A stretch of DNA of 64,000 bases from assembly GCF_035084215.1 (NCBI RefSeq), contig NC_090340.1, positions 4,464,001 to 4,528,000 on the forward strand, in the 5' to 3' direction. Below the pieces are notes generated by a model. That model did no database searches. It was not told the DNA's origin and saw only the letters and a program-made list of their open reading frames with translations. The position numbers and the translations under genes are program-made. Numbering within the stretch: position 1 is the stretch's first letter; each line of letters starts with the position of its first letter. Positions 26,050-39,090 of the stretch are shown here, one piece after another. This DNA is from Heptranchias perlo. Taxonomy: Eukaryota.

Positions 26050-27780
26050 CCTTATTTATTTATGTAAAACGACCACCAAAGAGAGTGCAGTCAGTGGGTT
26101 AGATGAGAACCAACTGCTATTGTTATAGCCATAGCGCACAAATATTATATGTCAGAGGGCAAAATAAACAGTGAATAATTCGTCTGATAGGCACATCGGA
26201 TAAAACGAACATTATTTTAATTGTGAATGAATGAATGTTTTTCCTTTTGTAAGGAAGAGCTCCTTACGACTTGTTTCGGAGTCATTATAAAATTGAGGTC
26301 GCAAAGCCAGTCTTTGCGCTCCCTTGGAACGAAAATTTCCTCCGTTCTATAAAGAGCGGGCGAACTGCTCCACCAATTTACCGTCCGGACGATCAAGGTG
26401 AAAATTTACCCCAGACGCCGTTGTTGCATATTACCCGATGTGAATGCACGCGTTCTGTGCACAATTATCATAGCCCGCGAGAGGGGTTCACACTTTGACC
26501 TCCCGGAGAGAGGGTAACCAAACGTCTTGATCCGATACTGCCAGTGCATCGAAGTTGAACTTACTGCCCAGTCCTGATGTTGGTATTGCCAATCGGACGC
26601 CTGTTAATAATACAACACATTGATTTCAAGGGAAATAAAAATCGTGCAATTTCTGCAACGGGCCGCCAATCCTTTGAAAATGTCCCTCATTGGGGGTTAT
26701 TTCAACCTTACCACAGTGTGTGGAACTGACGCCGTCAGATGCCCAGTTTTGATTTCAAAGGAAAGTGAAACTAGGTGAGGTGATATATCTGACGATTAGG
26801 ATTGGGAGGCATATTTTATACCCGCCAGATATTGTTTTCAATGGAAAACAAAATCGCGCGGGTGTAAAGCGGACGACCGTTGAAGACAAATTACACCTCC
26901 ATTTGCCGAGTGATATGTAAAGTTTGGATTTAATTTCGGTAACTCTAGATGACAGCCTAAATGTAACAAACTAAAACTCTTAGAATATGCTATTGCAACT
27001 TGAGTAGCAAATTCTTCAAGAACACAGTAGCAATTTCCCAGTTATGAAATTGTTACTTTTTAATATCAAATGCTGAATGCAAACTTTTTGGGTGGTAATG
27101 TATAGGTTTTGTTGTTCATGAGACATGATTGATACAGCTGGTTACAGAACTATTAAAAAGAAGAAAAAAAGTAAAATTGGACAAATAACAGAAGCCGCCG
27201 AGGTGAGCTTTTGAATAATAGCAATATGCACACGATTAAAAAAAGCAATAGGCTGCATATTACACATAACCGTTCGGCCTAGGAAACCAAATAACAATCT
27301 CCCAAAAATCAACAAGCTAGCAAACTTTCACAACTGCGGGGCAAGTCAAAATCTATCCCATTACGCCTTTATATAATATGCCATTATTTGAGGTTCCAAA
27401 TACATACAAATATCTTGGTCAATCGGTGGTATACAATTTCAAATAATGGTTTAGCAAAATAAAATTGGCTTTTTGCACGTTGCCTTTCACGCTACTATTT
27501 TAAATTCGTCCTATTTAAGCATATTTCCTTGCAATCAATTGTCTAATTTCTAAGACTGCCCCGAAGACCGCAGGTACGATCCCCTGTTTCAATTACATTC
27601 AGGGAGTACTATCCATGCAAAGGGAAAAACAGATTGTGGAGAGTAATATTTCCTAAAACTAAAACGGAATAATATGGAAATAGTGAACTTCCCAGCTATA
27701 CGCTGTTCTTCTTATGTTGGGGTAATTAGCAGTAATAGTTCTTGAATTGTAAATTCTCGCAGTTTCAATCCTCCGATCTC

Positions 27781-27805
27781 TCATGTCCTGTTTCTTTTCG
27801 GATCT
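27781..27805 (-). CDS. Gene A candidate terminal cytoplasmic exon: (R)DPKRNRT*
   Basis: Acceptor gctttttgtgtttag|A; phase 2 matches the TM exon; stop TGA at 27781-27783. Short exon, so the assignment is tentative. Confidence 0.45.
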
Positions 27806-29074
27806 CTAAACACAAAAAGCAGAAGATTGTTTAGATTATTTCTAATTATTTGATCACTTGACCACTATCATTGGTTCCTGATTTTGTTTTCAACCCAAAT
27901 GCATTTCTTTAGCGTCTCATTGTGAGTTCCCCCAATTTCTGTCGAAGTTGAAGCAGAAGATCGGGTGAGCTCCCCGCAGAACATGCTGGGGTTTTATATA
28001 TAAACGATAAATCAGTGAAGATGCTAATTCGTAGATCTTTAATTTGGCTCAAACAAACTTAGATTCAAATGGCTTTGTTACAAATAGCAAATTCTTCACC
28101 CGGCTTCGACGCAACTTCGACCAATGCAACAGGGCAACCGCGCATCAATCTATTATTTTGTTCTTTTTCAGGAACGAAAGTTAGGGAGATGACCCCCAAG
28201 TGGGATTCTGCCCTCATGATTATATTTGTTGAACAAAGAACCAGACGATGAACGATGGGTGCATAAATTTGCGATTAACAACGGGTCTCACTCTAACTTC
28301 GGCAGGAGATCTGGGAAAGTCCCAGGTAAATGGCATAACCTGAAAACTGCAATTTACCTGTTCGTCTGGAGCTTCCCTGGAAGTGATGTCATTTTCTCAG
28401 TAAACCTGTTCAATCGATTGGGGCCTGGAATTCCAGGGGTGTTCTCCCGCTTTCCTTCCATACCGTTGATAGGGAAGCCAAGAAAAAAATGGCTGAAACC
28501 GCTGAAATGGTCGTTTGCGCCCTTCAAGTTGCGTTTCCACCTGTCCAAAATCGATGTTAGGCGGGACATCGGTTGATATTTTGGAGTCTTGGATAATAAA
28601 TGCTTCTCCAGGCACAATTTAGGCGGTAATACTCTTCCTGACGAATGTAATTTCGCGGGTTCTCCCCGACATCCCGTGTAACTTTGGCGGTCGATAATTG
28701 GGACCTCGGGAAAGCAGATAAAACCTACAATGCATACCAATTCGCCAATGTTTCCGCTGAAGTTAAAGCGGGAGATTGGGAGAATCAGACAGCAACTCAC
28801 CTCTTCCTCTATTCCGGTGATTCTATGGAGCTCTTCATCCACTTTTTAAAGGAAATTTGTACAATTTATGATAACAGTAGACAGAATTATCGGAGATTCT
28901 CCCTATCCGCCGCTGTAACTTCGACAAAAAACTTTTACAAGCGGTTTAGCGGGAGAACCCTGACGGAAGATTATCCCTGATAAGCGGGAGTGTCCCGCAG
29001 ATATTCACTCAATTTTATTATAGATAATTTTATATTAGAATAATAATTGTTGGGAATACTGAATGAAATCTTAC

Positions 29075-29189
29075 CTTTTGAAACAAATCGTTTTGCGGTA
29101 ATCCACAATTATGATGGCCAGCATCTGAATTAGGTAACTGGCCGATATATATCGGGATATCAAAACAATTCGGAAAAAATTATCAGTAC
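29075..29189 (-). CDS. Gene A transmembrane exon (GTDNFFRIVLISRYISASYLIQMLAIIIVDYRKTICFK)
   Basis: cttgcag| acceptor and |gtaag donor; phase-1 start matches C1; colinear with the gene B TM exon (115 vs 114 nt). Confidence 0.75.
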
Positions 29190-31849
29190 CTGCAAGATGT
29201 ACATAAAACAGAAGTGCGGTGTTTTATATTCCACTAAGAAACGTCACAATAATAGTACATAAATAAACGAATGAATGAATAAATGCATGGATGAATAAAT
29301 ACGTGAACGAATGAATGAATGAATTAATTATACAGAGGAAGGGCGCAAATTGCTGTTTCAGTCCTGTAGTTTTGCTAACTTGATTATTTTTATTGATATA
29401 TCTATTTTGCGACGACAACTTTCACTGTATTTGCTTTTTAGAAATGTAACAACATGATCATCACAATATCAGGCTTTAGCTCCGTTACTCTAAATATTGA
29501 GTTGTATTTTTCACAAGAGCGTTTTCCCCTTTAATAATTATGTGGTAATATTTCAGCAAAATACGAAATGATGAAATGCCAACAGGAGAAATGTTTATAT
29601 TTTAAGAGCGTTCAATGAATAAAGAATTGTTTAGACAGAATCCGATCACACGTTTTTCTGCTATATCCAGTATGTAATTCAGATCCAAGTTACTGCGAAA
29701 CCTGGTGGAGTAGTGGCTTATGTGTTGTACTTAAGTTCGATCTGAACATTGTAAGTTGGCTGGGCTTGGCTTTGCAATATCTCAATAGAGCATTGGAACA
29801 AATTGCATTTTCTTTTCATGATATAAACCAGCGATTTAATATCCCAATATTATTGATATTGAAACTAAACAATACTCCGTTAGAAATCGATGCAAAACAA
29901 AGTTAGGCTGAAAGGGCGCCTGTGAATTTTGTCATAGGTCTATGAATAATTAGGCTGATTTCAATTTTACCTCGAAGGCAATGAAGGAAAATAAAATGTC
30001 TGATTCTGTGTCCAGAGTTCATAGTCTTGAAGCAGCGCTGAATACGAGATCCAGAATTTTCCGAATTTCCATCCTTTTAAAATAAAGGGACGGAGGATCA
30101 TGCACCGCCTATTCATAGTTTCTGGCCAGCGCTGCCTGTCATCCCTGCTCCGCTCCAGGACTGATGGCCCGCCGAAAAAGCCCTAATGGGGTAGATTTTG
30201 AGCTGTCTCTTAAGCGAATGACCGAGTCCAAAGCCTCATTACTAAAACGGCCGCAGACGGCTCAATATTTTCAGTCCAATGATTTCAGTTGTGAGAAGTT
30301 TCTGCGCGATTATTCAATAAAAGTTTCCGATCCGACCTTCATACAGGAATATCTACCCAAAGTTTACATTATGAAAATAAGTCTGATACGTTCAATGCCT
30401 CATATCCTGTTCTATAAATAAAATATTTTTTGCGGGATATGGGCGTCGCTGGGAAGGCCCACGTTTATCGCCCAACCCTTGAGTGACTCAGAATGCTTTC
30501 TGACAGGTAAATATCCCTAACACCAATTTTGGCACATCATCAGGTGAAGATGATTCTGAACCTATCAGATTACTACTATTTTTCCAAACTGTGTATTTGA
30601 GTAGAGAATGTGTCACTATTTACAAATGTTTTTCTCCTTCTAATGATCGTCTCGTCATATCATGTTCTATAAATCAGAATAGTGGGATAAAATGATCCCA
30701 GGCGCCCTGTTTGTCTGAGGACAGATTCTACTGCAACCAGTCAACTGAGGGCGAATGTAGCCTGAGTTTGCTTTTGCCGATGCTGATGTTGGGCCAATGT
30801 GGCTCTCACTCGCCCGGCACTCTCATGCTCAACGACAATGGTGCATCAGTAGCCGGACAGCAGCGTTTCAATAAGTATTCGGCTTTCTGCACTTTTGCAA
30901 GCTAGTTTCAAAATGATCTAATTTCACATTTTATGCACTCAGGACTCAAGGCCTTGAAAACAGAGAGTGAATTGCGCCTGCTCGCGCTTTGCAATTATCT
31001 TCGCCTTCTACCTCGCTTCTGTTCAGGATTATGATTAGTATTAGCTCCCTGGGGTGCATTTTCAACGTGCTGCCGGGTCGTAAAAATGGCGTTGTGCATC
31101 AGCGGATACATTGAAGCCTCAGGTGGTTTCTCTATCGGGCGGCCGACCAGGAACGCCAATTTTACACCCGGGCCGCTAGTTAAAAACCTACCCATTTATT
31201 TATATTGTATGTCACTCCACCTACATCTTAGTGAAGTTATTTTCTTACCTGCGCACGGCAAGTGAAAGGAGCTTTAAAATGATCCCAACTGAACTTTCGA
31301 TGCGATCAGTCTTGTTTTTTTTTTACCTTTCTTGTTTGTTAGACATTTCACCATTGCATATTTCTTTGAATAGGATGTTTGTTCCATTTTTTTTTCATTT
31401 AAACCTTGCCGCTTGATTCCACCAAACCAACAAACCTGCGACCGCGAGCCGCTACGCCTCAGCGCAGCACGAAGCACAGCAGCAAATGCAAAATGTCATG
31501 CTTTTCCGCCAAGAGGACATGCAAGTGCCACTTTAAGAAGCTTTTAAGTCTATTTCTCCTACTGCATAGAAAAGCACGCTTTCCGTTTGTGACTCTGAAC
31601 ACACTGAGAGCGGACCAGCTGCATTTTAATGATGGGAGAGCGGAAAACCGATGGAAGTGAGCTTTGTGGCCGAACAGCGCAAAATGTTATGGCCAAAATA
31701 TGTAACATCGCTACGTTACTGGGGGCAAAATTTCCGGGTCCGAGCTTCTATCCTTTACCCTCTTGTTCAAAAGCTACCTATATCTGTGACACACTGTTGA
31801 ACTCTGCCGCGTTAACGATTTAATTTTCTCCAGAACTGGGTAACTCAAT

Positions 31850-32500
31850 TTTCCCTATGGATAAACATGCCCTCCAGCGATCATCCCTTACCGTGAGTGT
31901 TCCCGGGGCCCTGAATTCTTTGAGCAGTGATCCAACCTGTCCTTCTCCACCGCCGTCCTCTGCCTCGATGGACTTAATCATCCCTTGAACAACTTCTCTT
32001 TCAACTCCACTCAATTCTTCCCTATCAAGGGGTTAAGATGTGAATATACCTGGATCCCAGTTATGCCTGTATTTTTTTCAGGCTATGTGGAAATCATTGT
32101 TTCAGTCCTACTCTGCTTACATATTTCATCTCTGATTATTTTCATCCCTCCTCTGCATTCACTTATGGTAAAGGACTTTGCACAGATCGTCGCTTACAAA
32201 CCTATTGACTCTAAATACTGCATGAATTGTGTCTTTCCAAGCCTGCTTCATGTGAAGGCTCCATCGCCTTCTCCCACTTTATCGTTGTCAGATCTTCTCT
32301 AATCACACAACTTGCCATGCCAGAACAACCAATTCTTCCACACTACGACGATGAACAGGATCCTTTACTGTTTCTGTCCTATCTCCCAGACTTCAATGGA
32401 AATAAAAATCGGGGGATGGAAAACGGGCTGCTTATTGTCCAATACCTGTTTCAGACCATTGCACAAAGTCAAAGTTACCGCCAGTGTCTTTCAAACTGCA
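31850..32500 (+). mobile_element. Degenerate Penelope-like RT fragment
   Basis: LNNFSFNSTQF...PSYACIF...GYVE near 31985-32092 resembles PLE reverse transcriptase motifs. Confidence 0.5.
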
Positions 32501-32771
32501 GCCATGCGGTTCGAAAGTTCATTTTAGTAACTTCAAAGGCATGATATGCTGTATTTTCTCTAAGGCAGGGGATGCTTGAGATGTGCTCTGTCCGTGTCCA
32601 AACGTATGGAAGGTGGATTGATGTTTGGGAACTCGTTGTCAGAATATAGCGTAGATTGCTTTCTGAGCCTGTGATGTTGATTTGTGACTTCATATTATCA
32701 GGAAAGGAGCCATTCCAATTTAGCTTTTTAATTAAAATATGTTGCATTTCCACTCTGTTTGTGTTCGTTGG

Positions 32772-33994
32772 TTTCAATTCAATGTTACAGGAATAAATCC
32801 AGAACTATTGCAACATAGGATGATTCGACACTGCAGTTACTGGTCTGTAACAACAGCGGCAGTTCGAGTTCCAGACAGGCAACGTCATCTTTAGATTGCT
32901 GGAACTGTAAGGGATAAGATTCCCGCGAGCTTTTCGTGCTTGCCGGCATAATGCCGGTGCAAAAATCATGAAACGGTGAAATTTAGATTATTTCATACTT
33001 TTGTTTAATGCAAAATACACTCCAATGTATTGGTTCACTTTGCGGTTAACTTTTTTTTCCTTTGTTCGTCAATGAAGTTTAAAATGTTTTTCAAATTCTT
33101 CTCTCAATCCGCCAGATCCATATTCACTCTCTGATATCTTTTAAAGTCTTTCTGCTGCCTCACTCATGTTTCATACCGTCTAGCAGTTTTAGTTAAGCAC
33201 TTTATAGTAACATTAGTCCCTCGTTGCAACTGGATTGCATGTAGATTCTATCCATCTTCCCTTCTCCCTCTCCTTTTCAAACCAGGTCGGTTCACCTTTT
33301 AATCTTCAGTTTTGATGAACGAATACTCACCGATACACCGTGACCTCTACTTTCTCTCCACAGATGTTGTCTGTCCTGTTGTGTATTGATTTTCTTCTTA
33401 TTTCAGATTTAGAGCTTTAGCCCTTTTTGATTAGATTTTAATTTGCGTCTGTATGGTAAGTGATTCGACTGGACCAGTCGCTGGGCAAGGTCTACCCGAC
33501 TCCCGAATCAAATTCAAATAACATGAGCTTTATTATAGAAAGTCAGAGCAAGTCTGAAAGGTTTATTATTTATTCACGGCTTTCCCATAGATAAGTTCTA
33601 CCTTTCTCACAAAACATTCTCAATCAGGCTGCCTTCAGCTGGATATGGATCTGGCGGATTGAGAGCAGAATTTGAAAAACATTTTAAATTTCATTGACGA
33701 ACAAAGGAAAAAAAAGTTAACTGCAAAGGGAATCAGTACATTGGAATGTATTTTGCATTAAACAAAAGTATGAAATAATCTAAATTTCACCGTTTTATGG
33801 TTTTTGCACCGGCATTATGCCGGCAAGCACGAAAAGCTCGCGGGAATCTTACCCATTACAGTTCCAGCAATCTAAAGATGACGTTGCCTGTCTGGAACTC
33901 GAACTGTCGCTGTTGTTACAGACCAGTAACTGCAGTGTCGAATCATCCTATGTTGCAATAGTTCTGGATTTATTCCTGTAACATTGAATTGAAA
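32772..33994. repeat. Long inverted repeat, 352-bp arms (32772-33123 and 33643-33994), about 520-bp spacer
   Basis: The arms are reverse complements with only scattered mismatches; no TSD seen. Confidence 0.95.
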
Positions 33995-34035
33995 TAAATA
34001 AATACCTGCAGGTTATCATTATTCCGGCATCTTAC

Positions 34036-34347
34036 CAGGGTTCCAAATAGTTTCCAAATAAACAGCTAATCTCGGAGTCTGGAAGGCGGTGTGAGATACC
34101 AAACAAGTAAAATAGGTCCATCTCTGGAGTGGCTGTGTCTCTTGCAGAATACTGGAAGCTTCATACAGTTCCGCTGAGTTCAGCTGCTTCGTGGTTTTTG
34201 CCATGGTTACAATGTTCCTTTTATTGTTATACCAGCTGAGAGTGAGAGTCTCCTGGTTAAAGCCAAGCGCTTCGCATACGATAATCAGATAAATATTTGA
34301 ATTTCCGCCGGGCGTTTTGGAGACAATCGTCGCTGGAGCTGGCGGAG
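34036..34347 (-). CDS. Gene A C1-set Ig domain exon
   Basis: VCEALGFNQETLTLSWY...LYEASSIL...FTCLVSH; acceptor cctctatag| and donor |gtaag; phase 1-1; 312 nt. Confidence 0.9.
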
Positions 34348-36363
34348 CTATAGAGGGGTACAGGTAAAGCAAAACAAAACACGTCGTTTTAAATTTAGAA
34401 GATTATTTACTTTAGTATTGCATTTCCCCAAATTCAAATCAATTAAGATGATTCATAATCAGCATGTGTTTGTTGCATTTCATTGAAATGAAAATAATAC
34501 TATTGTACATATTTGCCGGACATCTGCTACTATTATAAATGCTCAAGAATCAGCTGTATTTATAATGCGTTTTCTCACGTCTCTCACAAGCATAACAATA
34601 ATCTCACATACAGGGAATTACCTTCAATTGCAGTATTTAATGGTTGTAATGTTGACACAACGGGGCCATGCTTCGACCAGTAAATCCCACAAATAGCAAC
34701 GAACAGCTCATCCTTTTCTATTGTTACGGATTGACTGGGGAATTCTGGATAAAATAACAGGAAATTGCTTGCATTCATTCCAATAATGCAGTGGGATTTT
34801 TGGATTCCGCAAAGAAAAGCTCACATACTTGTTGGGATACCTGTCCCCAAATACAGCAGTATTCCCTCACTTCTAAACTCAAGCGTCAGACTAGATTGAT
34901 CCTTAAATCCTGCAATATAGCTGGAATTCAAAGCCTGGGAATGCACAGCAGGGCTCCGATCTCCCCGCCCCCCCCCCCCCCCCCGCGAAACGGCAATAGA
35001 TCCGCTCGAACCTGGAAAACGGCATATACGCTGTTCATTCAACATTTACGCCGATATTCTGCCGAATTTAGAGCAGATCATGATCCCAGGAGAAAGTCAA
35101 TCCTCACTGCAGCTCCCCCTCCCCGAAAAAAAACTACTTTCTGATTTAGAGCAAAAGTGCAATTAACTTTGCTAAAATAAGACCCTGAGCTGGATATGTG
35201 ATTTCCCCACCAACTTTCCACCAGATATTCTGAATTAGATGCGGACTAACAGTATGATTAACGCTCTAAATAAAACAAAATAAATATCCCGCTCCATCTC
35301 ACTTTGCGTTGCAATCAGCGCTATGTTTGCAAAAAAATTCAATTTTGAACCTAAGCCGGGGTCCAGTTACCAATTAGGGCAGTTTTGAGGAAAAGTATAT
35401 AAGGACATAATCATAATGTTTATTTTTAAAAGTCAGATTATTAACACAAATAGGCGTCTGTTACTTTCACTGACTTCAATTGCGGAACGAAACTTAAAAA
35501 CAACGGTGATTACAATCCAAAAACAGATGATTTATGTGGTTGCATCCTTAGAGTCTGAAACTGCTTTATAAATTAAATTCCAATTTGATTTATGAACATT
35601 TTTAATATAGCTGTTGCTGGAACGTTATTTTACATGGACTCCCAGATATATTGATGGGAACTGTTCCCACATCATTGGTTGGTATTAATTTTAGAATTGT
35701 TTTATGTCTTTGTACTCGACAATACATTTTGAAACGATCAAACTTTCAGCCTTTGGATTTGTGAGAATGTACCCAATGTGATCTATTTTTACAATCACAA
35801 CATTACATGCATTCCCTACGGATACAGGTCATTCCACTCAAGTTGGTAATAAAGCATCGACAATTTATTTCATAATTTCTGTAATATTACCTGAGCTTGA
35901 GTAACAATATATATTGTTTCAAAATAAACATGAGGTACAATTCGCGCTGATTTTAACTTGCAATTTGTGCGTTGAAGGTATTTAACGTAGATTTTCATTG
36001 TGAATATTCAGACGTAATATCACGAATCCATGATAATAGATACAAGAAAGGTACAGGTGCCATTTTTAGGTATTGAAATTATTTGTCACACAATTCGTAC
36101 CAATTTACGGAAAACGATGTACACAAAAACACCGATTGGACCATCCAGTCTGTTTCACACAGTTGTAATGCCTTGTGCATCACAATATATACACGCCACC
36201 CTACCCGGTGTCGCGTTATTTCCTGGGAGAGGCAAAGAAACAGATAAAAAACAAAGATAATTCGGGAAAATATCTCGCATATTCCTCTCCGACGATTGAA
36301 ATAAGTCCAGGACATTACTCCGGGCCTGATTCCAACGACCCCATCCCCTGCAATATCACTTAC

Positions 36364-36681
36364 TGTGGACAACAAGATTTGATCCAGTTCCGTTTCTGAT
36401 CGTATTTCTCTGGTGTTTGTCTCCGCAGTAATAAATCCCAGCAAGCTGGAGACGGACATCAAGGAGCTGGAGAGAACCCTGCCCTATCCTAATTAAAAAT
36501 AGTTTCTTCCTGTCTGAGTTTGTTTGCAGAAATACGGTTTCGCCGAATCTCCACCAGTAAACATTCACTTGTGAATTAGCTGGAAAAGGAGTGAACGCAC
36601 AAGCGAAGGTAATGTTTGCACCGGCCATAACAATCTTGCTTTGGGGACTTTGTGACAATTGAAACACGGCATTGCCATCAA
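36364..36681 (-). CDS. Gene A V-set domain exon with germline J-like end (NGTGSNLVVH)
   Basis: LSQSP...ITFAC...VYWW...GIYYC...GTGSNLVV; polypyrimidine acceptor cttacacag| and donor |gtaagt; phase 1-1; 318 nt. Confidence 0.9.
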
Positions 36682-36821
36682 CTGTGTAAGAAAAAAAAAA
36701 CACATGTAAACTGCAACTAACCAAGTCAAACCTGATGGAAAATGGTTGATAGATAGAGATAGACAGTCGGGTAGCAACAGACCCCAAGATAGATATAAAA
36801 AGAGGAGATTACGGAAATAAC

Positions 36822-36876
36822 CTGTGAAGATCATCTCCAGAATTACAATGTACTGAAGCACAGCGCGAACAAACAT
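36822..36876 (-). CDS. Gene A leader exon (MFVRAVLQYIVILEMIFT)
   Basis: ATG at 36876, hydrophobic, phase-1 donor |gttatt; homologous to the gene B leader (ILVLEITYT). Confidence 0.75.
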
Positions 36877-38149
36877 ATTGAAGAAAGGAAGTTATCGTTT
36901 GCTGCCAATAAACGGGAAACTTTTTTTAAAATAGCGAAACCATCTCGTCTAATCCCCTATAAACTATGAAGCAATCACATGTGACACCACACGTTTACAG
37001 CAGACGTGCAATGAAATAAATGAAGAGGGGCAATGTGTGGGTGTAGCTATGGTTTGAAACATCACGGAAAACAGACCTTAGACGACACAAAACAAAGACC
37101 ACGCTTGTTAGCGCTGTATCCGGTACGTCGGTTGAAATAATGTTCAGCCGCAACAACAGACTGATAATATGAGCTTCTGAGTCACACTGGTGTTCAAAGT
37201 AATTGTTTTGGAACAATGAAAGTGCTGATAAGCTGACACATAATACAAAAGTAGTTTGTACTTGCTGCTTTAGCCGGCATCTCGTTCTCACCTGAGATGA
37301 CCAGTCTGTGCAATTTAATGGTACATGCAGTTTTATCTTGTTCAGCTGATCAAACAGACGGTTTTATGTTGCTCATTCCCACCTAACGCGCTTTCAGTTG
37401 TTTGTATTGAGGACGTTTTTAATTAATGTCAGCTCTTTCGTTACCTGCGTAACATCATGTACAGCGCAATGTGCCCCAGAAAACACAGACAGGATGCGCT
37501 AGGTTTCGGACCGGAGATGTGTATTCATATTAATCTGCCAAAAAAAGCTCATCCCTTCCCTACTTTACTAACAATGATTGTGCTAATGGAAAATTTAATT
37601 CAAACCGTTAACGGGTTTCACAAAGAAACTACTGTTTTTGAATGGAAAATAATGAACATTATATTCAGCACAGCACTTACATTACGTAGAATTCTGCTGG
37701 AAGCCGGTGTTTTCTCATTTTCAATTGAAAGTTATCAGCACTCTGGCATTAAAAATACAAAGTTATCTTTGACGGATATGCAGCAGTCATTGAGTTAGAA
37801 CTTGCCTTTGAGCGATAGTGCAAAACGGGTGGAAGCGAGTCGGCAGCCTGTTTTACATCCCTCCCGATTTTTATTTCCATTCCTCTGTCCTCTAATTAAG
37901 CAAAATCAAGATTGGCATCTCGAGAGACCGCGTAGTGCCGAACCAACGGGCGCTACACGGCACAATTTAACACCCGAAGCCTGCATATCTCATTCACCTG
38001 ACTCCAATGGAAGTAAACATCACACTATTGCATAGTCAAGATGCAGGCCCATATGTCTAGATCCTGCTGCTAATATCCGTTTTGCTCTACTTTATTCCTG
38101 CACGGCTGCATTCAAGTATCGGTGGTGTTCATATTGTCAGAATAGGTAA

Positions 38150-39090
38150 AGCACAGGAGAAGGCTATCGTGCCTGTGCCGGGTCTTTGAAAGAGCTATCC
38201 AATTCGTCCAATTCCCCTGATCTTTCAACATTGCACTGTACATGTTGTCCCCCAGTATTTATTCAATTCCCTTTTGGAAGTTACTGTTAAAACTGCTTCC
38301 AACACCATTTAAGGCACTGCACTCCAAATCACTACAACTCACTGCATAAAAACAATATTTCCTCATGTGGCCTCGGGCTCATTTTCCAATCACCTTAATA
38401 CTATGTCCTCTGGTTAGCGACCCTTCTGCCACTGGAACAGTTTCTCCTTATTTACTCTGTCAAAACCGTTCAAAATTTTGAACAGCTCTATCACATCTCC
38501 CTTTAACGTTCTTTGTTTTAAGACAAACAACCCCAGCTTCTCTAGTCTCTCTACAAAACTGAAGTCCCTCATCCCTGGTACCATCCTGGTAAATCTCTTC
38601 TCCACTCTCTCTCAGGCCTTGTCATCCTTCCTAAAGTGTGGTGCCCAGAATTGAACATAATACTACAAATGAGGCCCAGCCACTGTTTTATATAGGTTTA
38701 GCATAACTTCGTTGCACCTGTACTCCGTGTCTCCTTTAATAAAGCGCACGAACCCATATATATATTTTTAACAACCTTGTCAACCTGCCCTGCCACCTTC
38801 AAAGATTTGTATCTCTGCACCGCCAGGTCTCTCTGTTCCTGCACCCTGGTTAAAATTGTACCATTTAGTTGATAGTGTGTCTCCTCATTCTTCCTACCAA
38901 AATGAATAACTTTACAATTCTCTGTGTTAAATTTGATCTGCCATGTGTCTGCCCATTTCACCAGCCCGTCTATGTCCTCCTGAAATCTATTACTATCTTT
39001 CCCATTGTTTACTGCATTTCCGAGGTTTGTGTCATCTGCAAACTTTGAAATTATACGCTCTATACTCAAGTCCAGATCGCTAATGTACAC
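38150..39090 (-). mobile_element. CR1 LINE 3' fragment
   Basis: ISKFADDTNLG; RFTRMVPGM...LEKLGLF. Confidence 0.85.

Noticed and set aside
27659-27805. Longer phase-0 open frame (RSEKKQ...ANYPNI...) from the gene A terminal acceptor
   Set aside because: Incompatible with the phase-2 end of the TM exon unless another exon is missing; none found.
28226-28980. Overlapping ORFs up to 162 aa in a CpG-rich intronic block
   Set aside because: No recognisable domain; it looks like a non-coding interspersed repeat.
36356-36370. CACAGTA at the end of the gene A V exon resembles an RSS heptamer
   Set aside because: It overlaps the splice donor (CAC A|GTAAGT), lies after the J-like segment, and has no correctly spaced nonamer. 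There is no evidence of V(D)J rearrangement.
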